Virus record (IMG/VR): IMGVR_UViG_3300025508_002497 | Location: 33,164-97,163 of that record | Origin: a virus | Strand: one strand, 5' to 3' | DNA length: 64,000 nucleotides | Shown here: one piece after another, positions 1 to 8,254 of the stretch | Numbering within the stretch: the first letter of the stretch is position 1 | Layout of the letters: each line of letters starts with the position of its first letter | Position numbers and translations under genes: made by a program | Notes under the pieces: generated by a model | Seen by the model: only the letters and a program-made list of their open reading frames with translations | What the model was told of the DNA's origin: nothing | Database searches by the model: none

Positions 1-374
1 TCAGGCATATACTGAACCGACTTCACGAGTTTATTGGGATCGACCTTTCGTTTGCGTCGAGTGATCTTAGACTTCGCTTCTAGAACTTCAATCAAAGAGT
101 CCAGATATTCGTCTAGTTTCTTCAACTTAGTAGTCGAAAGAAACGAGTAACCTTCCACCAAGTCCTCGTCGGTTTTGTTGATGGCTCCAGTGATCTCACC
201 TCGTACTTCAATGAAGTGATCTCTTAGGAGTTTGATTTCTCTTTTAGTTGGTTTGTAAGACTTGATCGCATTCTCGAAGTTGGGCTTTCTAATCGAACCA
301 CCATCAGAGAGTTTACCCATATAATCGTCCAAGAATCGTTCAAGAATATTACCAAATTCGGTGTCTTGTTTCAT
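1..374 (-). CDS. Conserved hypothetical T4-like phage protein, running off the window edge (partial)
   Basis: Not in the ORF track. ATG at 372-374 overlaps the TAA of the methyltransferase (TAATG). The frame is open to base 1: MKQDTEFGNILERFLDDY...DEDLVEGYSFLST...KRKVDPNKLVKSVQYMP. Confidence 0.75.
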   Translation of the reverse strand, partial: MKQDTEFGNILERFLDDYMGKLSDGGSIRKPNFENAIKSYKPTKREIKLLRDHFIEVRGEITGAINKTDEDLVEGYSFLSTTKLKKLDEYLDSLIEVLEAKSKITRRKRKVDPNKLVKSVQYMP

Positions 375-1945
375 TATGCTTTCCGAAAAACAAAGATAGG
401 TTCATACTTCAAATATCTGCCGTTCACTTGACAGAAGTTTTTGCACTTTGGTTTGCCGTCTTCACCCACGCGGTTCTGACCAGGCATTCCTTCTAGTGCC
501 ATTTTCATTTTGTATTTATATTCTACACCAAGTTCACCCAGTATGTCAATAGAGTCTTGCTCTAAAGGCAGATATTCTCCCTTGATCAATATATCTGCAA
601 TGTTCCATAGGAGATAGCCGCCTGGTCGTAACCATTCAGCACAAGTGGAAAGTGTCGGTCGCAAGAATCCATCACGCCATGACTCATATGAACTTCCATA
701 CTTCTTGTAACTCTGGTTTTCATCTTCACTATAAGCCTCTCGATTAAAATAAGGAGGAGAAGTGAAGACCACATCAATCTCGCCTCTGTGCTTTTGAAAA
801 TCTTTGTCATACTGAATCTCCTCGGAACCTAGTTGGAAGACTTCGTATGTATGTGTGCTTGAAAAGAATGGGTTTGATCTGTATGTTTTTGTGTTGTAAA
901 AATCTGCGAGATCACTATAACGAGAACTTCCATCATTATTAAAGTTATCAGGATTGGGGTCAGTGCCAATGTAATGCAGAGTGCGATCATCACGGACAGC
1001 CATAGCCCCAAGGATACGACCACCCCAGCCACTGCTCGGATCATAGATCTTAATCGGTCTGTCTTTGATGTGGTTAGTGAATCGCTCATACAAGTATTTA
1101 GCAGTCATCGGTGGGAAGTTTACTGCGGGTTGAATGTAGCCGATACGAAACGACTTGAACCCGCCAGGAAAAATCTTCTTACCTTTATCATACAAACGAA
1201 TGGCATAGACAGACTCATCGTCCATGTTGTCGATGTCAAACGTCGAGTGGTGTCGATACTCCAGACGATCGCGGAACTCTTCGACTTCTTCTTTTGTTAA
1301 CTGAAGAATGTTTGTTTGCTCTACTTGATGATAGCCTGTATTCAGTCCTTCTCGGATCTTGACTTGTTCGAGCAGGAAGTCCTTGCCCGCAAACATCGTC
1401 GGATTCTCAAAAAACGCGAGGATCCAATCCCTAGCAGAATCAACAGATACAACGCTATGCTTCCTCGAACGCTTGAGGGTGGAGACAGCATGAGAATAAA
1501 AAGAGTCCCTACGAAAGTGCCGAAGAGAACCTTTATACACTCGATCAAAATAGTCTGGGTTGGCGACAAGATCGTAGATCGAGTGTCCATTGTCTTTCTC
1601 CGTATAGTTGATTCTTGTCTTAAACATATTGTCGAAGAACTGATCGGCTTCAACACCAAGTCGAGACTTGTTGATGATCACATCTTTCGGTGTGTCACTT
1701 AGTTCGTCATCGAACTCAAACTGATGAGCAGGAAACTCCGACATGCGGTTGAACGCAGTAACAATATCCTCTTCGTTCTTTCCCGTTCGAGGAGGACAGC
1801 CGTTGTTGTCCCACGCGGCAGTCAACTCTTCACGAAGTTGAATCACCCAATCTTTGAACTGATCGGGTGTCATCTCTAGAAGGTCTTCAAAGTTTACATT
1901 GACATCACTATTAATGATGGCATCATTTCGTTCGTAAAATCTCAT
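374..1945 (-). CDS. SAM-dependent DNA amino-methyltransferase-like protein (N4-C/N6-A type) with a long N-terminal extension
   Basis: Motif I-like YDPSSGWGGR, YIGTDPN, catalytic motif IV FTSPPYF, and LRPGGYL. Start placed at MRFYERND, which forms an ATGA overlap with the upstream stop. Confidence 0.85.
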   Translation of the reverse strand: MRFYERNDAIINSDVNVNFEDLLEMTPDQFKDWVIQLREELTAAWDNNGCPPRTGKNEEDIVTAFNRMSEFPAHQFEFDDELSDTPKDVIINKSRLGVEADQFFDNMFKTRINYTEKDNGHSIYDLVANPDYFDRVYKGSLRHFRRDSFYSHAVSTLKRSRKHSVVSVDSARDWILAFFENPTMFAGKDFLLEQVKIREGLNTGYHQVEQTNILQLTKEEVEEFRDRLEYRHHSTFDIDNMDDESVYAIRLYDKGKKIFPGGFKSFRIGYIQPAVNFPPMTAKYLYERFTNHIKDRPIKIYDPSSGWGGRILGAMAVRDDRTLHYIGTDPNPDNFNNDGSSRYSDLADFYNTKTYRSNPFFSSTHTYEVFQLGSEEIQYDKDFQKHRGEIDVVFTSPPYFNREAYSEDENQSYKKYGSSYESWRDGFLRPTLSTCAEWLRPGGYLLWNIADILIKGEYLPLEQDSIDILGELGVEYKYKMKMALEGMPGQNRVGEDGKPKCKNFCQVNGRYLKYEPIFVFRKA

Positions 1946-2709
1946 GCTCCTACATTCCAAAAAAGTGCGCCAGGTGACGCATGATCCTTGATAAACTCCC
2001 ACGCTTTTGCGTCGTAGGTTGGTGCGGACGGGAATGGGGGCAACACTTTGGTTGCTTTGTTGAAGGCGTATTTCGACTGGTAGGTCTTAGCCTTTCCGTA
2101 CTCGCCGCTATGTCCCACACGGACGCAGTGAAAGGAGGATCCTTGCCATGCGAGTTGTAGTCCTCTGGTGAGTGTTCCACTTGATCCTACCGTCCAAACT
2201 TCATCTGGACATACATCCATGTTACGAGCCACCCTAATGATGGAAGCGATAACAGTAGGATGGTCAAAACCAATAGGAAGTAATCTGCGATGCTTTGGAT
2301 CTTCTGCAACATAATCTCTTGCCCTTTTTTCGGTCACACTAAGCATCCCGTTTGGGATCCAGTGCATTATAGCACCTGCTTCGATTGCTTGCAACTGATA
2401 AGGGTGTCTTTTTTCGACAGCACGATCTGCCATGAAGATCACCGCCTTCTTGTCATACCTGCCACACAGATGTGCAAGTGAGATCTGAGCATAACCAGTG
2501 GCAGGTGAACTGCCATACACCCACTCATCAATCTCAGGCTGTGACTGGATCAGGTAGTCGGCGAATCGCATCTTCGACCCACCACCGATGAGATCATCAC
2601 GGACGACGAGGATCCCCTCATGCTCCTCCACGATGGGAGCAGGGAGGGAATCCGTCCAATCACCGATCATCTCTAAGTAGTCTTCTGCTGTCTCTGTGAA
2701 TAGACTCAT
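1942..2709 (-). CDS. PLP-dependent fold-type II enzyme (PALP; ACC deaminase/D-cysteine desulfhydrase-like)
   Basis: VVRDDLIGGGSKMR (PLP-lysine motif) and VGSSGTLTRGL (phosphate-binding loop), plus PTYDAKAW and LFWNVG. GGAG SD before MSLFTE. Confidence 0.8.
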   Translation of the reverse strand: MSLFTETAEDYLEMIGDWTDSLPAPIVEEHEGILVVRDDLIGGGSKMRFADYLIQSQPEIDEWVYGSSPATGYAQISLAHLCGRYDKKAVIFMADRAVEKRHPYQLQAIEAGAIMHWIPNGMLSVTEKRARDYVAEDPKHRRLLPIGFDHPTVIASIIRVARNMDVCPDEVWTVGSSGTLTRGLQLAWQGSSFHCVRVGHSGEYGKAKTYQSKYAFNKATKVLPPFPSAPTYDAKAWEFIKDHASPGALFWNVGA

Positions 2710-2719
2710 TTTTCTCCGA

Positions 2720-3538
2720 TCATAGATGATAACATAAGTTCCTACAGATATTAACATTCATATCATAATCATCGGTGGGATCTATTAGTGTCTGAACTTC
2801 ATTACCTACAAACTGCTGTATTCCATTTTTTCTAGCAGAGGCAGAAAAAGTTACATACTCCATTTGAACACCGTCCGTGGTGTAATCTAATCCTTTATGA
2901 ATTTGATCTGTTCTAATCATGTAACACATATGAACTAGATCAACAGCAAAAGTTCCAATAAGAGTTTTATTCCATATTGGTCTAGACATATTCTTATTTT
3001 CTTCTGAACCATCATAGTAACCATTTGAAGAACACCTCAAATAAAATCCTCTAGGAAAAGCACCATCATTATGCACCATCATAGGCGCAAAAATAGGTTT
3101 GTTTTCACGCACACAATACTTTATAGTTTCTGGTGGGAAAAAATTATCCCCATCACAAACGAAGTAATAGTCACACCCAGTATTTAAGGCATGGTACATA
3201 CTTGCATTTCTTATTTTCCCGAGTGTACTGAGTCTAATCCCACCTTCTGCGTACCACGCCTCTTCTCCACCGGGACCAGCCGAAACACCATCTAACTCAT
3301 GAAAATATTCTTCAAGAAAAGTTACCGAACGATACTTTCCAGACTCATCTATTTTTTTACACCAGTCTCTAAGTTTTACGTTGGTGTTATCACTATTGTT
3401 ATTTGTATGAACATAGATCGACAGATATTCAGGATCATAATCAATATTTTCTACGCACTTTAAAAACATGGACAATTTATTTTCCATGTCTCTTACTAGT
3501 ATTGTAATTTGCACTATTGGCATCAATCCTCTAGACAT
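2720..3538 (-). CDS. GT-A fold glycosyltransferase resembling the collagen galactosyltransferase/PLOD N-terminal GT domain
   Basis: YVHTNNNSDNT, KIRNASM, CDYYFVCDGDNF (DxD motif), KPIFAPMM, VDLVHMCYMIR, YVTFSASARKNGI. Confidence 0.75.
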   Translation of the reverse strand: MSRGLMPIVQITILVRDMENKLSMFLKCVENIDYDPEYLSIYVHTNNNSDNTNVKLRDWCKKIDESGKYRSVTFLEEYFHELDGVSAGPGGEEAWYAEGGIRLSTLGKIRNASMYHALNTGCDYYFVCDGDNFFPPETIKYCVRENKPIFAPMMVHNDGAFPRGFYLRCSSNGYYDGSEENKNMSRPIWNKTLIGTFAVDLVHMCYMIRTDQIHKGLDYTTDGVQMEYVTFSASARKNGIQQFVGNEVQTLIDPTDDYDMNVNICRNLCYHL

Positions 3539-3566
3539 CTAACATCTCCATTATATGTTATTATAC

Positions 3567-5288
3567 TCATACTATCTTCAACTTACTAAAGTTATTCTTC
3601 TTATTAAATACCATCATGTTATTAAACTTATCTGCTAACTGATCTGCCTTGTGACTAATAATATAAACATTACATCGAGAGCCTAGGTTATGAAGTAGTT
3701 TCATAAACTCGTCTGTACCCCCTGAATCTAAAGACGAATCAAACACCTCATCAAGAATCAATAAGTTGGTGTTGGCACTGTTCTTCAACCTAGCAATCTC
3801 TCGCCATGTTAATAGTATTGCTAAGTCGATCCTAAGTTTTTCGCCTTCACTGAAACTCATATAACTAAAGTCATCTCGGTGCCTTGACTTGATAGTTTCA
3901 TTGAAGTTTTCGTCTAGATTGAACTGGGCAAAGAAATCCATAACAGTTAGATACTTGTTAATGAGTTTGTTCATGGTTGGGAGGTAGTGTCGGATGATCT
4001 TAGATTTGATCCCACTGTCCTTTAATAGTGCCATAGCATACTCGGCGAGAACCTTTTCCTCTTTTAGTTCTTGCTGCTTCTCTACTTGTTCCTTGCCTTC
4101 CTTCGCAAGATTCTTAAGGATGTCCTTCTCCTTGAGGTTCTCTTTATCGATGGACATGAGCCTACTATACTCTTTCTGGTTCTTCGTGATGTAACTCTGG
4201 TTGGCTCGGATCGTCGTGTTGTGGTTACTAATTTCCTTTTCTTTCTCGCGGATTCGGCCGAGTGTTTCCGTGTACTCATCTAACTTCTTCTCCACAGCAT
4301 CAATGCTTGTTTCATGTTCAACTCGAATTTTATTCTTCTCGTCCTGCTCCTCTGTAATCAACGAACAAATTTTATCCTTATGATCATCGGCGATTGGCTG
4401 ACGACAAGTCGAGCAGTTGTCATTCTCTGTATAGAACTTCATCTCTTTTTCTAGACGATTTAACATCTGCTCAGTCTGATTCAACTTCTTTGTCAGTTCC
4501 TTGAATGTCTTTTTAGTTTCATCCTGTTCACTCAGACCGAGCAACAGGCTGTCAACCTCTACTTGTAGAACCTCAATCTTAGATTCAAGTTCTTTGATGT
4601 TGTCTTCTGTGTTCTTGATGTCGGTCATGATCACTTCGAGGTTGTCTTCGTTTTGTTTCTGTAGCGTCTCGATCATTTTCTTGTGAACAGAAACCTTCTC
4701 CACAATCACTTCGATCTTTTGATCTATAATGCCAATACTTTCCTTCACTTCAGAATATTTACTTTTCATAAGTGTATTCATTGTGGAGAAAATCTGGATA
4801 TCTAGAATGTCCTCGATCACTTCTCTGCGATCTGCGGCAGGTAACTGCATGAAAGGAACGAATGATGAACTACCAAGAATCACCACCTGAGTAAATGACT
4901 TGTAGTTCATCTTCAGGATTTGCTCCTCAAGCATTCGCTGATAGTCTTTCGCCTTGGCATCCTGATGTAGCATTACATCGTTCTTGTAGATCTCAAAGAT
5001 CTTTGGTGCCAGACCACGACGAACCTTGTAGTCATCTTTACCAATCGAGAACTCGACCTCAACCACGCAATGCTTCTGGTTGATGCTGTTGACCAACTGA
5101 GGAATGTTTACCTTACGAAACGGCTTACCAAACAGACCGAATGTAATAGAATCAAGCAGGGCAAAAGACTTACCCTGACCGTTCGATCCTGACACTAGAA
5201 CCATAGAATATTTGTCGAGATATATTTCTGTGAAATAGTTTCCGAAAGAACCGAAGTTCTTAAATCGGACAGTTTTAAATTCAATCAT
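3567..5288 (-). CDS. gp46: Recombination endonuclease ATPase subunit (Rad50/SbcC-like)
   Basis: Walker A GSNGQGKS, coiled coil with CxxC hook (CSTC), signature FSEGEK, Walker B LILDEVFDSSLD. Confidence 0.97.
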   Translation of the reverse strand: MIEFKTVRFKNFGSFGNYFTEIYLDKYSMVLVSGSNGQGKSFALLDSITFGLFGKPFRKVNIPQLVNSINQKHCVVEVEFSIGKDDYKVRRGLAPKIFEIYKNDVMLHQDAKAKDYQRMLEEQILKMNYKSFTQVVILGSSSFVPFMQLPAADRREVIEDILDIQIFSTMNTLMKSKYSEVKESIGIIDQKIEVIVEKVSVHKKMIETLQKQNEDNLEVIMTDIKNTEDNIKELESKIEVLQVEVDSLLLGLSEQDETKKTFKELTKKLNQTEQMLNRLEKEMKFYTENDNCSTCRQPIADDHKDKICSLITEEQDEKNKIRVEHETSIDAVEKKLDEYTETLGRIREKEKEISNHNTTIRANQSYITKNQKEYSRLMSIDKENLKEKDILKNLAKEGKEQVEKQQELKEEKVLAEYAMALLKDSGIKSKIIRHYLPTMNKLINKYLTVMDFFAQFNLDENFNETIKSRHRDDFSYMSFSEGEKLRIDLAILLTWREIARLKNSANTNLLILDEVFDSSLDSGGTDEFMKLLHNLGSRCNVYIISHKADQLADKFNNMMVFNKKNNFSKLKIV

Positions 5289-6340
5289 ACAGACAACGAC
5301 TCCATATACAAATCACGAATCATCAGTTTTAATTTTGTCTTCTGCTCTTGGTTCAGTTCCTTCATATCTTCAACCTCATTCGATATGATTGAAACAGTAT
5401 CCAAAGACAGATCAACGTCCTCTTCAATTTCATCTTCGCCACCGAAGTCTTCGACTACCGTAACATTAGACACTGGTACATCATATAGATTATCAAGGAA
5501 CCTGTCAAACAAATATGGTTTAGTTTTATTGTCAACGAACAACTTGACATAGGCGTTTTTGTATTCGCCGAATGGGAACTTGCTGATGTCAAAGTCTTGG
5601 CTGTCGTCGTATGAGATCTTAAAGAACTTCTTTCGTGGGTTCTCCACAAACTCCAAGTCTCTCGTCTCTGTGTCAAAGACATGAAAGCCTTTTCTGTCGT
5701 TGAGATCACTGAAGGTAATCTGATATTGAGTACCAAGATATGTAACATTGTTCTGGACGCTACGGCTGTGGAAGTGTCCAGACAGAACCATATCGAACCT
5801 TCGCAAAGGTTCATCCGACATACCACCATCAAAAGGCAGTCCTCGCATCACCTCATACCCATTGAGTTCAAAGTGACCACAGATGATGTTGCTCTTTGTA
5901 TTCTTTAGATACTCTAAAGTCTTCTCACGATTCTCGCTGTTTACCCACGGAACCATACCAACTTTTACGCCATCAAATTCTAGATCAATCGGCTGTTGGT
6001 AGATAAAGAAGTTTGAATAACGATCACCGAACAACTCGTTAACCGAGTTAAGATCATTGGTATTCTTATAGAACGTATCATGATTGCCTAGAATACAATG
6101 AACGACGATGCCTTCACGAAGCAGTGGCTCCATGAACTCACTACGAACAGTATTCAGTGTATTGAAGTTGACAAACTTTCGTCTGTCCATAAGATCACCT
6201 AAATGAAGAACAGTATCAATGTTGTTCTCCTTCAAATACGGAAAGAACTGTTCACGAAAAAAGTCCGTGAAGTATTCTAGGAATATTTGACTATCTGATC
6301 TTGCACCCCAATGAGTATCATTTATTATTGCTATCTTCAT
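5285..6340 (-). CDS. gp47: Recombination endonuclease nuclease subunit (Mre11/SbcD-like)
   Basis: Phosphoesterase motifs DTHWG, GDLMDRRK, GNHD, GHFE, SGHFH; adjacent to gp46. Confidence 0.97.
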   Translation of the reverse strand: MKIAIINDTHWGARSDSQIFLEYFTDFFREQFFPYLKENNIDTVLHLGDLMDRRKFVNFNTLNTVRSEFMEPLLREGIVVHCILGNHDTFYKNTNDLNSVNELFGDRYSNFFIYQQPIDLEFDGVKVGMVPWVNSENREKTLEYLKNTKSNIICGHFELNGYEVMRGLPFDGGMSDEPLRRFDMVLSGHFHSRSVQNNVTYLGTQYQITFSDLNDRKGFHVFDTETRDLEFVENPRKKFFKISYDDSQDFDISKFPFGEYKNAYVKLFVDNKTKPYLFDRFLDNLYDVPVSNVTVVEDFGGEDEIEEDVDLSLDTVSIISNEVEDMKELNQEQKTKLKLMIRDLYMESLSV

Positions 6341-6884
6341 TTACATCCTCAAAACATGAAGTCAAACCGGCTTGATTTTTCTTCTTACTCTTTTTAGGCT
6401 CAAACTTCTTCAAGTCATTATCATTTAACTGAAAGAACTCTTTCATTGCATCATTTGGATTCTTATCAAAGTAATTCTCCTTGAACCACTTGTGGATATG
6501 ACCAGCGTGATCACCTTCTTCAATCATCTTGAACTTAACGTATGACTGCTTCTTTTCTTTCTCGATACGTCTGAGAAAGGCATAGTAAATAATTTGAGTG
6601 AAATATGAGAAAGGATTCTTCGACTTCTCGGGATTGAAATTGTGTGCATATAGAATACAATTCTCAATCGCATCGCCGATCATTTCATCGACGAAGGAGT
6701 AGTTCATGAAGTTAGGCTTCATCGCAAGATTGGTTGCGATCTTGATAAAGCACTCACCGATATACTCTGTAATGGGAGGTTTGGGATCTCCGTTACTTTC
6801 GGCAAGGACTACCTGCTCTTTCCAGTCGGACATCTTATCGAAGAACAATTTGTTATCGATATAGTGGTTTGATTTCTTCGCCAT
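6318..6884 (-). CDS. gp55: Late-transcription sigma factor
   Basis: HYIDNK..F, YIGECFIKIA, KPNFMNYSF..EMIGDAIENC, NPFSYFTQIIYYAFLRRIEKEKKQ. Confidence 0.96.
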   Translation of the reverse strand: MAKKSNHYIDNKLFFDKMSDWKEQVVLAESNGDPKPPITEYIGECFIKIATNLAMKPNFMNYSFVDEMIGDAIENCILYAHNFNPEKSKNPFSYFTQIIYYAFLRRIEKEKKQSYVKFKMIEEGDHAGHIHKWFKENYFDKNPNDAMKEFFQLNDNDLKKFEPKKSKKKNQAGLTSCFEDVNEDSNNK

Positions 6885-6906
6885 GTGAATCACTTCCTTT
6901 TGTCAT

Positions 6907-6934
6907 AATATACCCTCTAAAAAATTATTGTCAA
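6907..6934 (-). promoter_or_regulatory. Sigma70-like early promoter for gp55-47-46
   Basis: TTGACA (6934-6929), 16-nt spacer, TATATT, upstream of the AAGGAAG SD and ATG of gp55. Confidence 0.6.
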
Positions 6935-6942
6935 GTTTTTCC

Positions 6943-6970
6943 TTGACAGTTTTCCAAACCCCCATATAAT
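6943..6970 (+). promoter_or_regulatory. Perfect-consensus sigma70 promoter firing antisense into the HNH/uvsW region
   Basis: TTGACA 6943-6948, 16-nt spacer, TATAAT 6965-6970; back-to-back with the gp55 promoter. Confidence 0.6.
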
Positions 6971-7016
6971 TCGACTTGTCGAGAGGAAAAGGGATACCTC
7001 CGGATACCGGATACTG

Positions 7017-7532
7017 TTAGGTTGGTATCCACCGTTTCCAAATACGAAGCAACTCATCTTGTATCTCAGCCAACTGCATCTCTAGATGCTTTGGTTTTCT
7101 TGGTTTGTTGATCAGGGGCATCTTACATTCTTTAGGTTTTCGATTTCCCTTCTTTGAGTTACAAGGCGCACAAGCAGTTGTAAGATTTGTCCAAGAAGAA
7201 TCACCACCTCTTGATCTAGGCATAACGTGATCAATTGTTAATGTCTTATTGTTTTTCGATTTCAAACCACAGTATTGGCAAGTCCAGTTATCTCTCTTGA
7301 AGATATTTCTTCTTGTGGGTAGATGTGATTGATGTGGTGTGAGAACATATCGAATCAGTACTAGTGCTGCGGGTAGTGGATATGTTCCCTTTGGTGTTTT
7401 AATCTTATAAGTCTTGGAAAAGGAATAAGGTTTTATTGCCTTTCCAGATTCTAAAAGTGCTACTGCTTTTTTCCAATCGATCACATTTAATACTTCCTCA
7501 GAAGCGTTCAAGAGCAAGACTTCTCGATCCAT
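7017..7532 (-). CDS. HNH endonuclease (McrA/COG1403-like)
   Basis: RRNIFKRDNWTCQYCG, LTIDHVMPRSRGG..SWTNLTTACAPCNSKKG. Confidence 0.92.
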   Translation of the reverse strand: MDREVLLLNASEEVLNVIDWKKAVALLESGKAIKPYSFSKTYKIKTPKGTYPLPAALVLIRYVLTPHQSHLPTRRNIFKRDNWTCQYCGLKSKNNKTLTIDHVMPRSRGGDSSWTNLTTACAPCNSKKGNRKPKECKMPLINKPRKPKHLEMQLAEIQDELLRIWKRWIPT

Positions 7533-7544
7533 GTGGTCTCCAAA

Positions 7545-8252
7545 TTAGTTAAGGTAATCGTCGATGTCCGAACTCCAGTCAGTTAATCTATTGCCAAAGT
7601 CTGGATGATTTTTATCATCCCCAGTGTATTCCTCTGTGATCTTTTCTGAGTTCATGTTCTCAAATAAGAACTCAGACATCTGATCAGGCTTAATGATACC
7701 CTGATCTAACATCTTCTTTAACATCTCAGGTGGAATCATTAGAGTCATCACGATGAACTCTTGCATTTCATCCTCATCTAAATCATCCAGTCCATCTACA
7801 CCATCAAGTTGATCTGCCAATTCGTCGTACATCTTTTTCATGGCATCGTCAACATTTTTGTTCACATCAAACAAATCACCCAAAGGATTCTTTAGTGGGG
7901 GTGAGTTTGGATTTTCTTCGTCATTGTAGTTGATTACATTTCTTTTCTTCTTGAGTTCTTCTTCCCTCTTCTTCTCTATAGTATAGAGTTTTTCTGTTTC
8001 CCCAGTGGGATTCAAAAAGGCAAGAATATTCTCCTGTTGAATTGTAATCTCATCACCATCAGCAAAAGCGGTCCAACTCTGAAGCATGGTAACGTCTTTC
8101 TTCATGCCGCTCATCGGATCGATTACTGATTGTGTTCTGAATAAGAAGGGTTTATGTAGAGTCAGTTTCTTTCGATCTGACTTTACAATCTTTGCTATCA
8201 CATCATCTCCATTTTTCAATCGGATGATTCTGCTCGTAATCTCATCAGTCAT
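7545..8252 (-). CDS. Conserved T4-like hypothetical protein (Sm-like N-terminal domain, acidic tail)
   Basis: IIRLKNGDDVIAKI N-terminus, typical of the ORF next to uvsW in marine T4-like phages; AAGGAG SD. Confidence 0.7.
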   Translation of the reverse strand: MTDEITSRIIRLKNGDDVIAKIVKSDRKKLTLHKPFLFRTQSVIDPMSGMKKDVTMLQSWTAFADGDEITIQQENILAFLNPTGETEKLYTIEKKREEELKKKRNVINYNDEENPNSPPLKNPLGDLFDVNKNVDDAMKKMYDELADQLDGVDGLDDLDEDEMQEFIVMTLMIPPEMLKKMLDQGIIKPDQMSEFLFENMNSEKITEEYTGDDKNHPDFGNRLTDWSSDIDDYLN

Positions 8253-8254
8253 AA

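Noticed and set aside
1946-2002. Extended N-termini in the ORF track (MTase from 2002; likewise the PLP enzyme from 2757 and gp4 from 53593)
   Set aside because: They overlap neighbouring genes extensively; downstream ATGs with an SD, coupling or a promoter fit better
7017-7532. HNH gene as an intron-encoded or mobile homing endonuclease
   Set aside because: Free-standing, flanking genes are intact, and it resembles the cellular McrA-like HNH family; no intron structure seen
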